DNA of 64,000 bases from Oopsacas minuta (lineage: Eukaryota; Animalia; Porifera), in the NCBI GenBank assembly GCA_024704765.1, contig JAKMXF010000222.1:992001-1056000 (forward strand), read 5' to 3'. Under the pieces are notes generated by a model. The model saw only the letters and a program-made list of their open reading frames with translations. It was not told the origin of the DNA and made no database searches. Shown piece by piece: positions 1 through 12,950 of the stretch. The translations under genes and the position numbers were made by a program. How positions within the stretch are numbered: position 1 is the stretch's first letter; each line of letters starts with the position of its first letter.

Positions 1-1925
1 ATCTGTTGTTAAAAGATCATGACAAGATTAACAAGTAGACTTTTTATGTAAGAGAAGATTGCATATACTGCTATATAGATGAGGCATTCAACCTGAGAAA
101 CTTCAAATTCAATAAGTGAGATATCATTCAATAGTCATATAAGGTTCTATATCGAGTGCTCTTCGTCACTTGTAAATTCACATCGCCTGCGAATTGCCTA
201 AGGTATTCTTTTATAGAAACGTTATCTCCCAAGCCATATTTTATATCAAAAACTTGTAAATAGTTGAAAAATTGGAGTCTTCTTTCGCTTTCCAAAACTT
301 GGTTAAAAGATATTTGATAGTGAGACCATGCCATTTGTCTGTATAATCCAAAATGGTGTTCCAAAGCATCATTTTATATTCGCGCAGTAAGAAGATAGTG
401 GTACTCACAATTTTCAGTTAGTTGTTTGACTAGTAGTGGTAATGTCTCACATGTATGTCTAAAGCTGGTAAAGGTTTGTGGTTTTAATTTTCCCGACAAA
501 AAGGCAGATTAGCCCAACTATCCAAACAGGAGACCACGTTGTTCAAAAATTGAAACGGAAGATCGTCTGGGACTGTTGGGGCTGAAGATTCATCATTGAA
601 ACGTAAAATTTTCCCAACCCAGTTCATATTGTATATTTTCCACACTCGGTTAATAAGATCAGTAGAAATGCTGGGTCTAGTGAAGGAGATGTAAAATTTT
701 TCTTAGTATCAATGATATTTTGAAAACTTACTAGACTTTCGCCGAACTTCAAGAAAATGAAAGTGGTGTCAATATTTTGAGATTTAACCAATTATATCGG
801 ATGTACTTAATGATATGGACACTAACAAAAGCAAAATTAAATTAATATGTGGGTTGAGGGGTGTTGTACTTTTGGCACCACTTTCAAACTAGTTGAAAAC
901 TATTTGTATAAACGAACCTTCAGTGGATAGTTGTCACTACAAACAGCTTCTAGAAATAGACCGCTAGCTTCGATATCACAGATAGTAGACCTAGCAATAG
1001 GATATTATGATTCAGCTGAAGAAGAGCCCAAAGGAATCAACCGAACAATGGCAAAAACTTGGCCGATAGACTAGAAACCATCATGGAGAAAACTGTGGTA
1101 TATGGATCATTAGTATTGCCAATCGACCCAATTACCCACTCTCCCTTATATGATACATCACCACGGGCATGTACTTCATTCATTTGAAGAATAACATGGC
1201 GTTCTAAATCATTTGAATGTAGTGGCAACTTCCTTGAGAATTTTTGTATAATCACTCTCTAAGCCAATACTATGCTTACTTTCAACAAATTACGCTCATG
1301 AGAAAAAGTTAAGCAATTAGAGCCCCGAATGAGACGGTAACAAGCTGGGGAAATGCCTTGAATTTATAACAAAAGAACTGTGTGATGATGTTATAACGTC
1401 GAGCGTATTTATCAATGATTAGATATTTCAACTGATCGAGCAAAAATGTAAGACGCATTCGTATAGAAGCCTCAGCAATTTCGAAATATAATTTGGAATC
1501 AGTGTGCTCTAACGTATAATAGCTCGACCAAGACAATGAATAGAGTCCTCCACATGTTGTATCAGAGGTGAGGTAGAGGTATTTGTATTAGTACTTGGAG
1601 AAATTTCAAATAAATAAACTTCATGTATAATGTTTTCAAATAACCTGATATATTGATTGAGGAAGACGAGAGCTGAATTTTGTTCCTTTCCTTATAAAAA
1701 GAACTACAAAATAAACTTTCATCCACAACTATATATCGTTCGATAGTGGAATCTTCGTTACAAAATTGATTCTTAAGAAATAGTATGTTAGAAGAATCAG
1801 GGCGATGGAAAGGCAAACCGTTTGGGAGTTCGATAATGTGTAACTTAGATATAATACAGCTAAGACTCGAAATCATGAACTTAGCTTCGGTCTCTTGATA
1901 TTCTGCTCGACTTTCTTGTATATAT
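1..1925 (-). pseudogene. P-element/THAP9(Galileo)-type transposase, catalytic core and C-terminus, decayed; runs off the window edge
   Basis: Minus-strand fragments read RHVILQMNEVHARGDVSYKG...TVFSMMVSSLS (1037-1255), YLLTARI*NDALEHHFGLYRQM..YQISFNQVLESERRL (~130-420; P-type YxLTxRxxQDxLExxFGxxRQ motif) and LIYIA near position 70. Multiple stops and frameshifts. Confidence 0.8.
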
Positions 1926-4900
1926 CAGGGATTCACACAAGATTTTGATTTGGGGGGGGAAGAAAAAAATTGCGACTGGAAAACAGTAGTTTGCGAAAGA
2001 ATAGGTCTCCCGCGTACCCCTAGGGCTACAGCGTACACTAGATATTTTCAAGGGTTACACCGAGAGATTTCAAAAGTCATTTACTACCTTTTTAGAGAAC
2101 CACAATCTTTTAAGTTTCTTTTAATAGCTTGTGAAATTTGAATATTTGTTTGTTATTAACTAACTCAATGGTCCCATTCAATAATTACATAGGACTTCAT
2201 TTATTTTTTTTTCATCAGTTTTTGTTTTTCTTCTTAAATTGTGAAAATTCAGGTTAATAATGCTAACACACCCAAACGAACGAATATCCAATATGCGTTT
2301 CAGCCCTAAAATCAATAGTACCACCTACCAAAATATTATTTTACCAACCTATTTCAATATTTAATATACTTAGAAGTATACTATTGTAGTATGGATATCA
2401 GGCGATTCATTTCTGGAAAGCGGTCGAACAATAACCTACAAGACATGAATGAATGTACATCTGAAGAGCTTTCACAGATAACTAGTGAAAGATGTTTGCC
2501 ATCCTCCTCTCAAAATCCAGAAGTTACCAGGCATGATCCAACGCCACTTCATTCGAAAAAGTATCATATGTCATCTAGCGAGCAGAGAAAGCAATATAAG
2601 GCTAATCTTTCATATAAAAATGAGTGGGAAAAAATCTATCCTGGGTAATTTGCGAAGATCCTAGAAAAGGTATGTGTTCTGTACCATCTGCCAGAAGTGG
2701 GGCAATCCATCTGCAAGATCAAGGGGCGCATGGACAAACAGGGGAGTTACTGACTGGAGTCATGCTACTGAACTATTGAGAGCACACGGAGAGTCACGGT
2801 GTCATAGAGATGCAGCAGTCACTGCTGGTATGTCAAAGCAGGTGGAGTGCGGGAAATCAGAACTTGAGCTGCAGTGTTCTGCTGCTGCAAAAGAGGCTGC
2901 ATGCAGAGCAGAGAGGAATCGCAGCATCGTGCTTAAGTTAATGAGGTCAATCTATTTCCTAACAAAAAACAAAATTCCTCACACCACTGTTTACCCAAAT
3001 TTAATTGCCTTGCAAGTTGCCAATGGAGATGCATTGCTGGAGGAACACCTCACTCATGTTGCCTCCAATGCTCAGTACACCTCAAAGTTCAGTGCAGTTA
3101 TGCTTCTGGATGCTCTTGACACGTGGCTTGAAAGAAAGCAAATACAGAGTCTAAGGTCAAGCCCGTGTTTTTCTATATTAGCAGATGAGTGTCAGGATAT
3201 TTCCACACAGGAAGAGCTATCAATCTGCTGCGGGTGGATTGTGGATGGCTATCCAGAAGAACACTTTGTAGATATACTCCATATCAAGGATGTAGATGCC
3301 GCATCAATCACACAAGCTCTCACAACTTTCATTGAGGTGAACAATCTCGACTATAGACGTTTAGTTGGGCAAGGCTACGATGGGGCAGCAACTTTCTCTG
3401 GTTGTACAAATGGTGTCCAAAAGAAGGATTAGGACACACTCAGCACATGTAGTCTACATACACTGTGCATGCACCGACTTCAGCTGGCATCTATTCAAGC
3501 TGCTGAGTCCATCACTGTAATCAACAAAATGTTTGGCACAATGACCAGCCTGTGGAAACTATTCTACTATTCGCCAAAGAAAGCAGAAGCTCTCAAGGTC
3601 GTTCAGTCAGTTCTAAATTTACCTGAGCTGAAGGTAGTAAAGCCAAGCAGTACGAGGTGGTTGTCCCATGAGCGGTGTCTAAGTGCAATCCGTAAAGATC
3701 TTCCTGCTCTTATTATCACTCTCCAGCAGCTCTAACAGACGTCAGGAGATGCAGAAGCATATGGAATTTCTCTTATCTTGAGCTCCATATCCGGAGTAGC
3801 TAGTATTTTTCTTTTATCAGAAGTACTTGATCTCCTTGCTAGGCTTAATTGCTACATGCAGAGACAGACTGCGGACTTTAGTAGGCTACCTTTGATTCTT
3901 AAAAGCATTATAAAAGCGCTAGAGGAACTCAAGGAAGAAAAAGCCGACTGGTGTTCTAGAATGCTCACTCAGGTTGACCAGCTAGAGATCGATCATGGAA
4001 TCATGATTACAATGAGTCGCTCAGCTCGTAGCTTTGTGGATGTGCTAGTGTTGGATCTTTAACTGATTATCGTGACAAAGTTGCTCTTCCTTATGTCGAT
4101 GCTTTACTACACAACATCGGCAACCGATTCTCGGGTGAAGCGGTAGATCTCCTTATATCATCCTCTGTTTTCAATCCAGCATCTCTTCCTTCAGAAGAAG
4201 CAGCTTTACCAGATTATGGTAAAAGAGAAGTGGAAGTTCTGGCCCAATTTTATGGTAATGAAGCTATAGTTGTCCATAATGGTGTAACTTTCTCTTCTCC
4301 GCCACTTATTGACAAAGATGAAATTGCTATTGAATGGCGCTTGTTCAAGCGAGCATTGATTCAAGAATCAAGGTTGATCAGGGAAAAAATGAGACTACCA
4401 AGACACCAAGCCTACAGGATGTCAAAGTTCACATGGAGTCATCTGGAGCTTACACTGGAATATTTCCAGAGATATTCAAGTTACTCAACATAATTCTTGT
4501 TCTTCAAGTAGGAACAGCTTCAGTTGAGAAATCTTTCAGCCACATGAAGCAAATTAAAACAAGACTTCGAAATAGACTTAATGATGCTAATTTAGCTCAT
4601 TTAATTAGGATCGCAATTGAAGGGCCAGAACTATCCTCGCTTAACTTTGATGAAGTTCTTAAAGTATTTAAAGAGAAAAATCGTCGAATACAGTTATAGT
4701 TTAGCATATAATTATTAGTGATAGCAATATTTTAATCTCCCTATTTTTGTGATCATAATTAGTATATATTGAAGTATCACACATAGCATCTTTGTTGTAA
4801 TGTCACACGTTCAATATTATTGTTTAATACACGACAAACAATAATAACCTACTCAAATTCAAGATTTCTGGGGGGAATAATTGTGCCTGGGTGGGGAAGG

Positions 4901-4932
4901 TTCCAGGCCCCCGCCCTCTGTATGAAACCCTG
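1926..4932 (+). mobile_element. hAT DNA transposon (ZNF862/TTF-zinc-finger type), inserted in the P-like element
   Basis: TIRs CAGGGATTCACACA (1926) and TGTATGAAACCCTG (4919-4932), 12/14 match. Encloses a hAT transposase pseudogene. No clean 8-bp TSD. Confidence 0.85.
2391..4699 (+). pseudogene. hAT transposase (TTF-type Zn finger, DUF4371-like region, DDE core, C-terminal dimerisation domain), broken
   Basis: FCTIC..H..S..H zinc finger, FSILADECQDIS, GQGYDGAA, CxxHRLQL, STRWLS, GTASVEKSFSHMKQIKTRLRNRL. Split over six ORFs by stops and frameshifts. Confidence 0.9.
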
Positions 4933-5553
4933 TATACCCTGCATCCTCTTCTCCTCTTTATCGTCTAGAGATAGCCTTTGTGTTTTAGCAACCGAACCTG
5001 TGAAATAGGTTGGACAATTTGGAAAGATACTAGGAACTGCAAATTTCTTAAGAACTACTTTTCCCTGGGCATCTTGATCACCTCAATTCAAAATTCCACT
5101 CGATATCTTCTTCAGGGAATAATATATACAGAGATATAAAGAGAGAAATAATTACACCATATCACAAACAAATTTAAATAAAAACTTACTAAAATCATTT
5201 CTCTCCTTAGTCTCCTTTCGGTCGGGAATCGCTCGAAGCCACTTTTCACGAGTTTCAACAATAGTAGGAAAGGAAAAAGTTGTCGAGTCTGAATCACCTT
5301 GACCGTGATATTTCGACCTAGAACAGGTACTTGGCATGTCATATTGAGAATGTGATGCTGTACAAATATTGCAACAATTGGAAGAAACGAAAGTATTTTC
5401 AATAAATATTATAAATTATCAACATTGAATACAAAATTTATGGGTGGGTAAAATATTTTTCGTAATAAGACGTTTAAGACACAAATTTTCAAAAGTAATC
5501 ACAAATATTGACGCTAATATATTGTTTACAAGTAGCTACATAAGATCTCTATG
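4933..5553 (-). pseudogene. N-terminal THAP domain and probable 5' end of the same P-like element
   Basis: ORF 5152-5337 MPSTC..TTFSFP..REKWLRAIP followed by LKKFAVPSIFPNCPTY (THAP AVPxIF motif). Removing the hAT at 1926-4932 rejoins an open reading EKRMQGIQESRAEYQE. A candidate terminus CATAGAGATCTTATG ends at 5553 (tentative). Confidence 0.7.
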
Positions 5554-6279
5554 CTTATGATGAATTATACATATTCTTAGAGTACTATAGGTGATTAATT
5601 CGCGCGAACAAATAGACTGAAATGGATATTAAAATATGAGCAAAACTGAAGTCGTATAATCAGGCAAATTATACCAAAATATGTTCGAAGGAGTAGGCAG
5701 TTGCTGGATATAAATATAAGTTGATATCACTTTGATATATTAAAAGTACATAAGTTATTGTGTAAAGTAGTCCGATGGGAATTGCAATCCTTGGTCCAAA
5801 ATTTCAATAGAGTTCCATTGCCTTAGTATATAGAATGCTATGTATATACCTATATATGTTTTAAGACCAGAAAAGATTTAAGAAACCGGAAGGCTGATTT
5901 TTGGCATACAGGGGTATTTGGGACTGGCTGGGACAAGTTTGAGTCTTGGACGAAAATTCACACCTGTGACGAAAGTATGACATCATTATCACCTTTTCGA
6001 TTTCGAAAAATCATATTATTATCCACTCTCAAGGTAATATACATGATAAAAGTTTGAAATTTGAATCACAGGTACTCTACAATGTGTCAAATCTCCTGAC
6101 GTCATGATTCTGACCAATACAAAATCATCATTGGATTACTACGTAATCGTGACTGCCACAAATATCATCAAAGCGACATAGCATCTCCAGTGTCACCACA
6201 GAAGCCCATTGAATTTAATAGGGATGGAACAGGGATAATATACATTTCACCTATAAACAACAAGCACATAGTGCCAAGT

Positions 6280-6381
6280 ATATCCCGTCGCGTAGGGCCA
6301 AAAGCATCAAGGAATGTAGCTGTTTAGTCATTAAGCTAACCTGAGATACTAAACTTATACATATCAAGCGAAGCTCGCTAA
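6280..6381 (+). repeat. Short dispersed repeat with Helitron-like 3' end; related copies at ~15475-15586 and ~45985-46093
   Basis: Shared TCCCGTCGCG..CCAAAAG motif, TAAGCTAACCTGAG in two copies, and GC-rich ends such as GCGAAGCGCG-CTAG|T. The Helitron assignment is inference from the CTRR end only. Confidence 0.4.
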
Positions 6382-6829
6382 TAAATATATACATATAGAC
6401 TAATTGTCTTTCAATAGCATATATGTGAACTATGCATTCTCTAATTAGTTTTTGAAAAATCTACTCAAGTTAACGAGGAAAGTAACTAAAAGTTCATTCA
6501 ACACATTAAAATTGATATAATGAATCTATACTACTGTGAATTGCTGATTTCGGGAATCATTGATATCTTACATAACTACGTTTAGTATTGCACTATATTC
6601 TGACTGTTTGCTGCTTAATATGCTGGAAAATATCTCAGGGAACCAGCATTTCCCAAAGTTTCACCATATTGGAAAATTTCTGGATCTTATGGGTTACTAC
6701 ATTCATTATTTAAGTACCATAAATACAAAATCAGGTTAAACTGTATCAAATCTTTCTCGAAACGATATAGGATGCATTTAATCGATTCTCCATCATCGAT
6801 ACACTACAGGATGAAAATTTCATATATAT

Positions 6830-9368
6830 CAAGGGTCCCCAAACTGCGGCCCGCAAAAGCCTAATATGCGACCCGCAAAAGAATATTGGCCAATTGAAAT
6901 ATTTAGCCCTGCATCCATTTACACTTTTGTTAGAAGCTAATCTATAGTTGACTGATAGAAATTAATTATTTATTTCGACGCTTTTAAGCTGACAATCATA
7001 TTAGATGCCCAAAACTCATTAGAAAGGATTCTGTTCTTTCAATTTCATATTTATACGTGATTGCAATCAATTTTCTGATTCCACAAAATTTAGAAAGTAC
7101 AAATATAGAATGTCAATCTCGAAAAAGCGAAAGATCGAGGAAGAACATCGAGGATCTAAAGATAGATGGATAGAAACTAATTTTGTATACAAAATGGAGA
7201 TAAAGTGTCTTGTTTGATTTACAATGAGGCAATTGCGATTTTAAAGAGTGTAACATTCGTAGGCATTATGATACCAACCACAAAGTAGATTACGAGCAAT
7301 TTACAGAAAAACTACGTGCAGGTAATATTACAATACATTTTATCAGTACAGAGGTAGCGGAAACAGTTCAAATGTTTTTGTTCATGCTTGTCTGACCTTT
7401 CAGTGTGCACCGCCCCTGTAGTAGATATCGGATAAATGTGCACCGCTTCTAGAGTGGAATTAGCACATGATAAAAGAGCAGCTTAATGTCTGAGTACAAT
7501 ATATTATAACTGACTTTCCCTCTCTACTCTGAGTGTTTTAGTTTAAAGTACACTGTTTTATCAGTTTTAATTTTTAGAAAAACTCGAATATTTAAAAAAG
7601 AATCGATTATCTCAAGTGAACTTATTCAAAAAGAAAGTGAATGAAGATCCTGCCACTATTTTTGCGACATATTATGTGTCACAGATTATTGCACAAAGTA
7701 GTAAACCGTTTTGTGATGGCGAATATGTTAAAAAATGCTTACTCAAAGTGGTAGATTGTATATGTCCTGATAAAATGAATTTGTTCGAGGCTGTAAGTTT
7801 GCCTGCTAGCACTGTAACACGCGTATAGAAGAAATGAGTGACACTCTACGATCATAGTTGTTGGACGTTAAAGATAAATTTGAATGTTTTTCAATTGCGT
7901 TAGACGAAAGTTGTGATGTGAGTGATACAAGTCAACTTCTAGTTTTATACGTGGTATTGACAAAGACTTCCATGTAACTGAAGAATTAGCTGCTCTACAT
8001 AGCTTGAAAGGACTACAACAGGACATGATGTTTTCGAGAAACTTCATGAAACATTACGATCCCTGAATCTAGATTGGAAGAAACTCACATCCGTTACAAC
8101 AGATGGGGCCAAAAGTATGGTCGGAAGGAAGATTGGATTAATTGGACGAATAAATAATGATATGGAGGATGTTGGTGCGAATTTTCCCATCGCCCTTCAT
8201 TGTATCATTCACCAACAAGCGCTTTGTGCAAAATCACTTGACTTGGACTGTGTGATGAAGACAGTATTTAAAACAGTAACTATATCCGTGCACATGCTCT
8301 GAGCCACCGTCAATTTCAGAGCTTTTTGAAGGAGGTAGACGCAGATTATGACGATGTAATCTACCACAGTGAAGTACGTTGGCTTAGCCGTGGTAAAATT
8401 TTGAAGCGATTCTTTGAGCTACGTAAAGAAATAGATTATTTCATGACTACAAAGGGGCGTCCAGTAGTTGAACTGTCTGATAGCAAATGGGTATGGCAGC
8501 TTGCATTTCCAGCGGATGTCACACAGCACCTTAATGATCTCAACTTATGGCTTCAGGGGAAGGAAAGCTAGTCAGTCAAATGTTTTATGACGTTAAATCC
8601 TTTGATTCAAAATTTTGCCTTTTTGAAAAACAACTTTCAACAAGCAATTTGACGCATTTTAAACTATGCCAAATTGTCAAGAATGGTGTATCAGTTACCA
8701 TACCATTTCCCGAATCATGGGCAAAGATTGCCATTGAATCACTCAAAGAACAGTTCAAACGACGATTTGAAGATTTTTATGCATACTCAAAGGATATTTT
8801 AATGTTTGCAGATGCATTTATGTTGATGTGGAGGGACTCTTGGAGGATCCGCAAATAGAAATCATAGATCTGCAGTCAAATAACGATCTTAGGTCAAAAC
8901 ATAGAGAATTGTCCGCATTGCAATTTTATCATACTCCGCCTTCAAATATTTTTCCGAATGTTTGTGCCCTTGCGATGCGAATGGCTGCTTTATTCGGCAG
9001 TACTTATATTTGCGAACAAACCTTTTCCAGAATGTAAATCGTGAAATCCAAAACTCGGTCACGATTGACTGATAGGCACCTACATGATTTGCTTCGCCTC
9101 AGTGTTTCAAATTTGATTGTAGAAGTAGACCAATTGGTGAAAAGCAAACAGGCTCAGATCGCCAGATGATACTCAACATATAGTTATTATTATAATGGTA
9201 GTGTCTTGTAATTGATAATAGTCAATTAAAATTAGATGATTCAAAGCTGGGTTAAAATAAAAATGTCTATGTATCTGCAGTTGATATATTATATTAATTG
9301 AGCTGCGGCCCGCGAACAAGTTCATATAACTAATGTGGCCCTCGATTGAGAAAGGTTGGGGACCCCTG
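6830..9368 (+). mobile_element. hAT DNA transposon (GTF2IRD2/SPIN-Buster-like) with decayed transposase (~7110-9180)
   Basis: TIRs CAAGGGTCCCCAAAC and GGTTGGGGACCCCTG (13/15), with subterminal GCGGCCCGC motifs. Protein motifs FSIALDESCDVSD, TTDGAKSMVG, LHCIIHQQALC, SEVRWLSRG, LFGSTYICEQTFS. TSD not recognisable. Confidence 0.85.
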
Positions 9369-12179
9369 TAACACGTGACCTATTTGAAAGTAGTATACTT
9401 CTAGGTTAACCTCGAAATATCAGATTTTGACATTGTTAGACTTGTATGAATCACCTTATTATCAAGTATAATATAATTTGGTCAGCTGTGATGAGATTTC
9501 TCAATAACAATTCGAGAACAACTATTTTGATGCAAATATTTATTGCAGAAATCAGCCTCATAGAAATTACTTTACCAGAAATTGAGGTTGAACGTATAAT
9601 ACGTATTATACGTAATACGTCTTCATTGAAAGACGTATTAAACAACTTAATTTTATTGTAAGGGCATATATTTTGAAGGTTGTATTTGAGTGGCAAAATT
9701 GAATAATAAAAGTGGTCAAGAATAAGTGAAGTTTATAGTCAAATTGCAATAGGATTATACAATAATTTCCTTTATTTGATAGACAAAATGAAGGAATAAT
9801 TTAATTTAAATTTCCTTCCTAGGTTCAGATAAGGTTTTATAAACAAAGGTCCTAGCACCTAGGTTGCTGGAACATTATCATATATATAGCAACTTTGGTT
9901 TCTGGTTAGACAAGCACCCTCAAAAATGTCCGATTTGAATTTTTTTGAGAAATTTTCGAAATTTCAAAAATATATTTTCTTTGAAAACTATCAGATGGAT
10001 CTGTTCTAGCTTTGAGGAAACTATAAACTAGTAATGAACTTGAAGTGTGCAAAGCTTTAAAACAATTGAAGATAATTGGTGAACATTGGATAGTTTTAGA
10101 GACATTACTCATAGACAAATAATGAAAACTGTCAATGTTAAATAAATTGTATTTTTTTATCATAAGCTAATTTAGATTTTTCTGGTGGCTAAATTATTAT
10201 AGTTTACCAGGAAAATGCTAGATCCAAATGGATGTGGAACGCATGAATATGAGAACATTTCAGTCTCTAATATTGAGACTAATATCCTAAATACTATAGA
10301 GTGCCCCATTTTTCGACGCCACTATGCCAAGTGAGTCTAGTTTTACACATATCGCATTAACCCTCTAAATGATCTTTATACACGATTGTACTGCATCGCC
10401 CTCAGCAGCCTAATATTGTCTTGTAAGTTTTACACTAATTATTTACTGATACAATTTAAACGTTTGTTTTTGTGAGAAATGTTTACTATAGTTGCAAACT
10501 ATAGAGTTTAGATGTAAATCATACCATTATTAAACCAAATTTCATTCTCATAAAATTTACATTGTCAACTAACTACATATAATGGCTATTTAAGGAATAT
10601 ACCTCATTCGGATGATGGAGTCTCCAATTTGGATTCACAGAGAATTCTATACACCGTGGCAGTGAAACACAGGTAGCAGATTGACTATATGATAGAGTTC
10701 CTAGTGAATAGACATTAGATAATGAGATTCAAGTTTCTCTTCTAGTCAGATGGTTTGAGCTAAAAATTATTAACAAATGGATAAAAGCATGAAGTAGGTG
10801 AATTTTCATATTTTAATCTTGTCAATGTATACATTGAGGATGATTAGAAAGATGTAGGCGTATCCAAGTCTACAATTGCTTTTTATCTGAATCAACTTAC
10901 ATGAGTGTTGTACTATCTCAAAGTCTCACCAAATTACCAAATTTTCGGCCCTTTTGAAATCATATTTTTGTTCATCCAACATATAAATATAATTTCAATC
11001 TTCAAAGTACTATCAAACTTATACTGGGTGTATTATAATGTTACTTTGACAGCTCAGACCCAATTTATGTGAATTTTCATTAATTTTCTCTACTTAAACT
11101 TTGTGATGATACAGCATAATAATAGGCTATATAATATGAATAATTCGAATGTATTTTGTTATGAACAAAAGTTTCAAGCAATTTCTCGAACTATTCAGGA
11201 TATTATACGTATGACAGACTATCTACTAAAACTATTCTATAAATATTTGTTCAGCGAAGTTCAGCGAAACAAAAATAATACCAACATTCCATTCTACACT
11301 TCTGGTTACTATGGTATGTTAAGCTAAATGCTACTATATTGATGTAATGTTTAACTCAACTATTATTCTTAAGTCCACTTTCATTCTCGAAGACAACAGT
11401 TCGTCAATTTTTGGATTCAAGAAATTCATTAGAGTAATGACACTTTCAATGTTCTATTTTTGAAATAACAATACGATTGGCTGGTTGAAGAATCTAGAAT
11501 ATGGGTATTGATTAGGCTTGATAAAATTTCCGTGACAATCTTTCAATTCAAGAGGAGAAACCATAAACAAGAGAAAATTTGAACGATCACGAGCTGTTTG
11601 AGATCTAAGATTGGACACACTATGACTCTCCGACCCATCTACACTATGTTTAACCAAAAGTTGCGCCAGTATATTAGGGGCTCTTCAGCAGATTGTATAG
11701 AGTGTGATGCTACGTCTCAAGAGGTTTCTATGTAGTCAATGTAGTTAACTGTTACTCCAATTGGATTTGATACTGATGGGTAAAATTGGAATGGAGCTAT
11801 ATTAGGGTTGTACAAAATCACGAATTAGGGACCAACTGGCTAAGTTTGGGCTGGAGTTTCAGTACTTGTAACATAGTCCGGCCGCCTAAGAACTATATGT
11901 TCAGATTATTTTCGGACTGATCGTGGTGCATTGTTTATCTAAATCGAGTATACCTCAAATGGTGGTTTTTCGCGTCTTTTGAGAACGTTGGTAATCGTGA
12001 GTCGATTTCAAGTTTTCTCCAATTATTCTCTTGCCAAATTGAAATCTACTTTAGCATTTCGATTTCCCTGCTTGGTATTCAAATTTATTTCACTTACTCC
12101 ATGAAGTGTAAGTTAAAATTTACAGCTTTGCATGACTATAATTTATGTGAAATAATTTGATATAAACTAATCTAGTTTT

Positions 12180-12950
12180 AAACATCGACGAGCCTTTAGC
12201 TCGTCGCATTGTGCCGCGAGGTATCAATTATGCTATTATCCTCCTAATTGATGGCCCCTTTGAGTATTAAAATATAGATATATTAGAACAATGTAATTCA
12301 CATATATATATATATATATATTATTAAATTAGTTTGTAAGATCAACCCCTTTGTAGCCATTGAGAGCAAGTATCTACGTATATTTTGAAATTTTGCTAAA
12401 GTATTTACTTTATATTCATAAAAACAACAATAAATTTACATATAATTAATCCAAAAGTGTGTAAATCGGATTTAGCATGTTGGATATATTTAGGGAAGTT
12501 TTATTGAATTCTATTTACTTCCTTGATAAACACGACAAATACAAGAATTTCAAAATTGCATACCGTAAATCCTTTCCTTGACAACGGACAAACAAACGAC
12601 AACAATTGGGATGTAATGATATACGAGCCTTTGGCTCGTCGCTTCGTAATGAACTCGGCCCATTGTGCCTCGAGGTATTCAACGGACAAACAAACAACAA
12701 TTGAGACTTAATAATATTGATGTTGTTTAAAATATTCAGTCTCAGCATACTCGATTACCCTAGTACAGTCTTTGAAAGTATGATTCTAGTGAAGTTTTAT
12801 TTGAATTAATATACTTCAATGATAAACACGATAAATACATAATTATGCGACAATTTCGAAATCACACGCCATAAATCCATTCCTTGACAACGGACAAACA
12901 AACTAACATACAAACAAACAGACAACAACTGTGATTTAATAATATAGATT
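12180..12950 (+). repeat. Cluster of short non-autonomous repeats (Helentron/HINE-like); inverted copy at ~58862-58945
   Basis: Repeated GAGCCTTTRGCTCGTCGC and ACAACGGACAAACAAAC motifs, (CAAA)n-like tracts, and ends ...AATATAGAT followed by T-rich sequence. Confidence 0.45.

Noticed and set aside
6822-9376. 8-bp TSD for the hAT at 6830-9368
   Set aside because: The flanks ATATATAT and TAACACGT do not match, so the boundaries rest on TIRs only.
9400-12100. Several short ORFs (9451-9696, 9906-10163, 11454-11657) and 18975-19157
   Set aside because: They have no recognisable motifs and cannot be joined into a credible gene model by eye.
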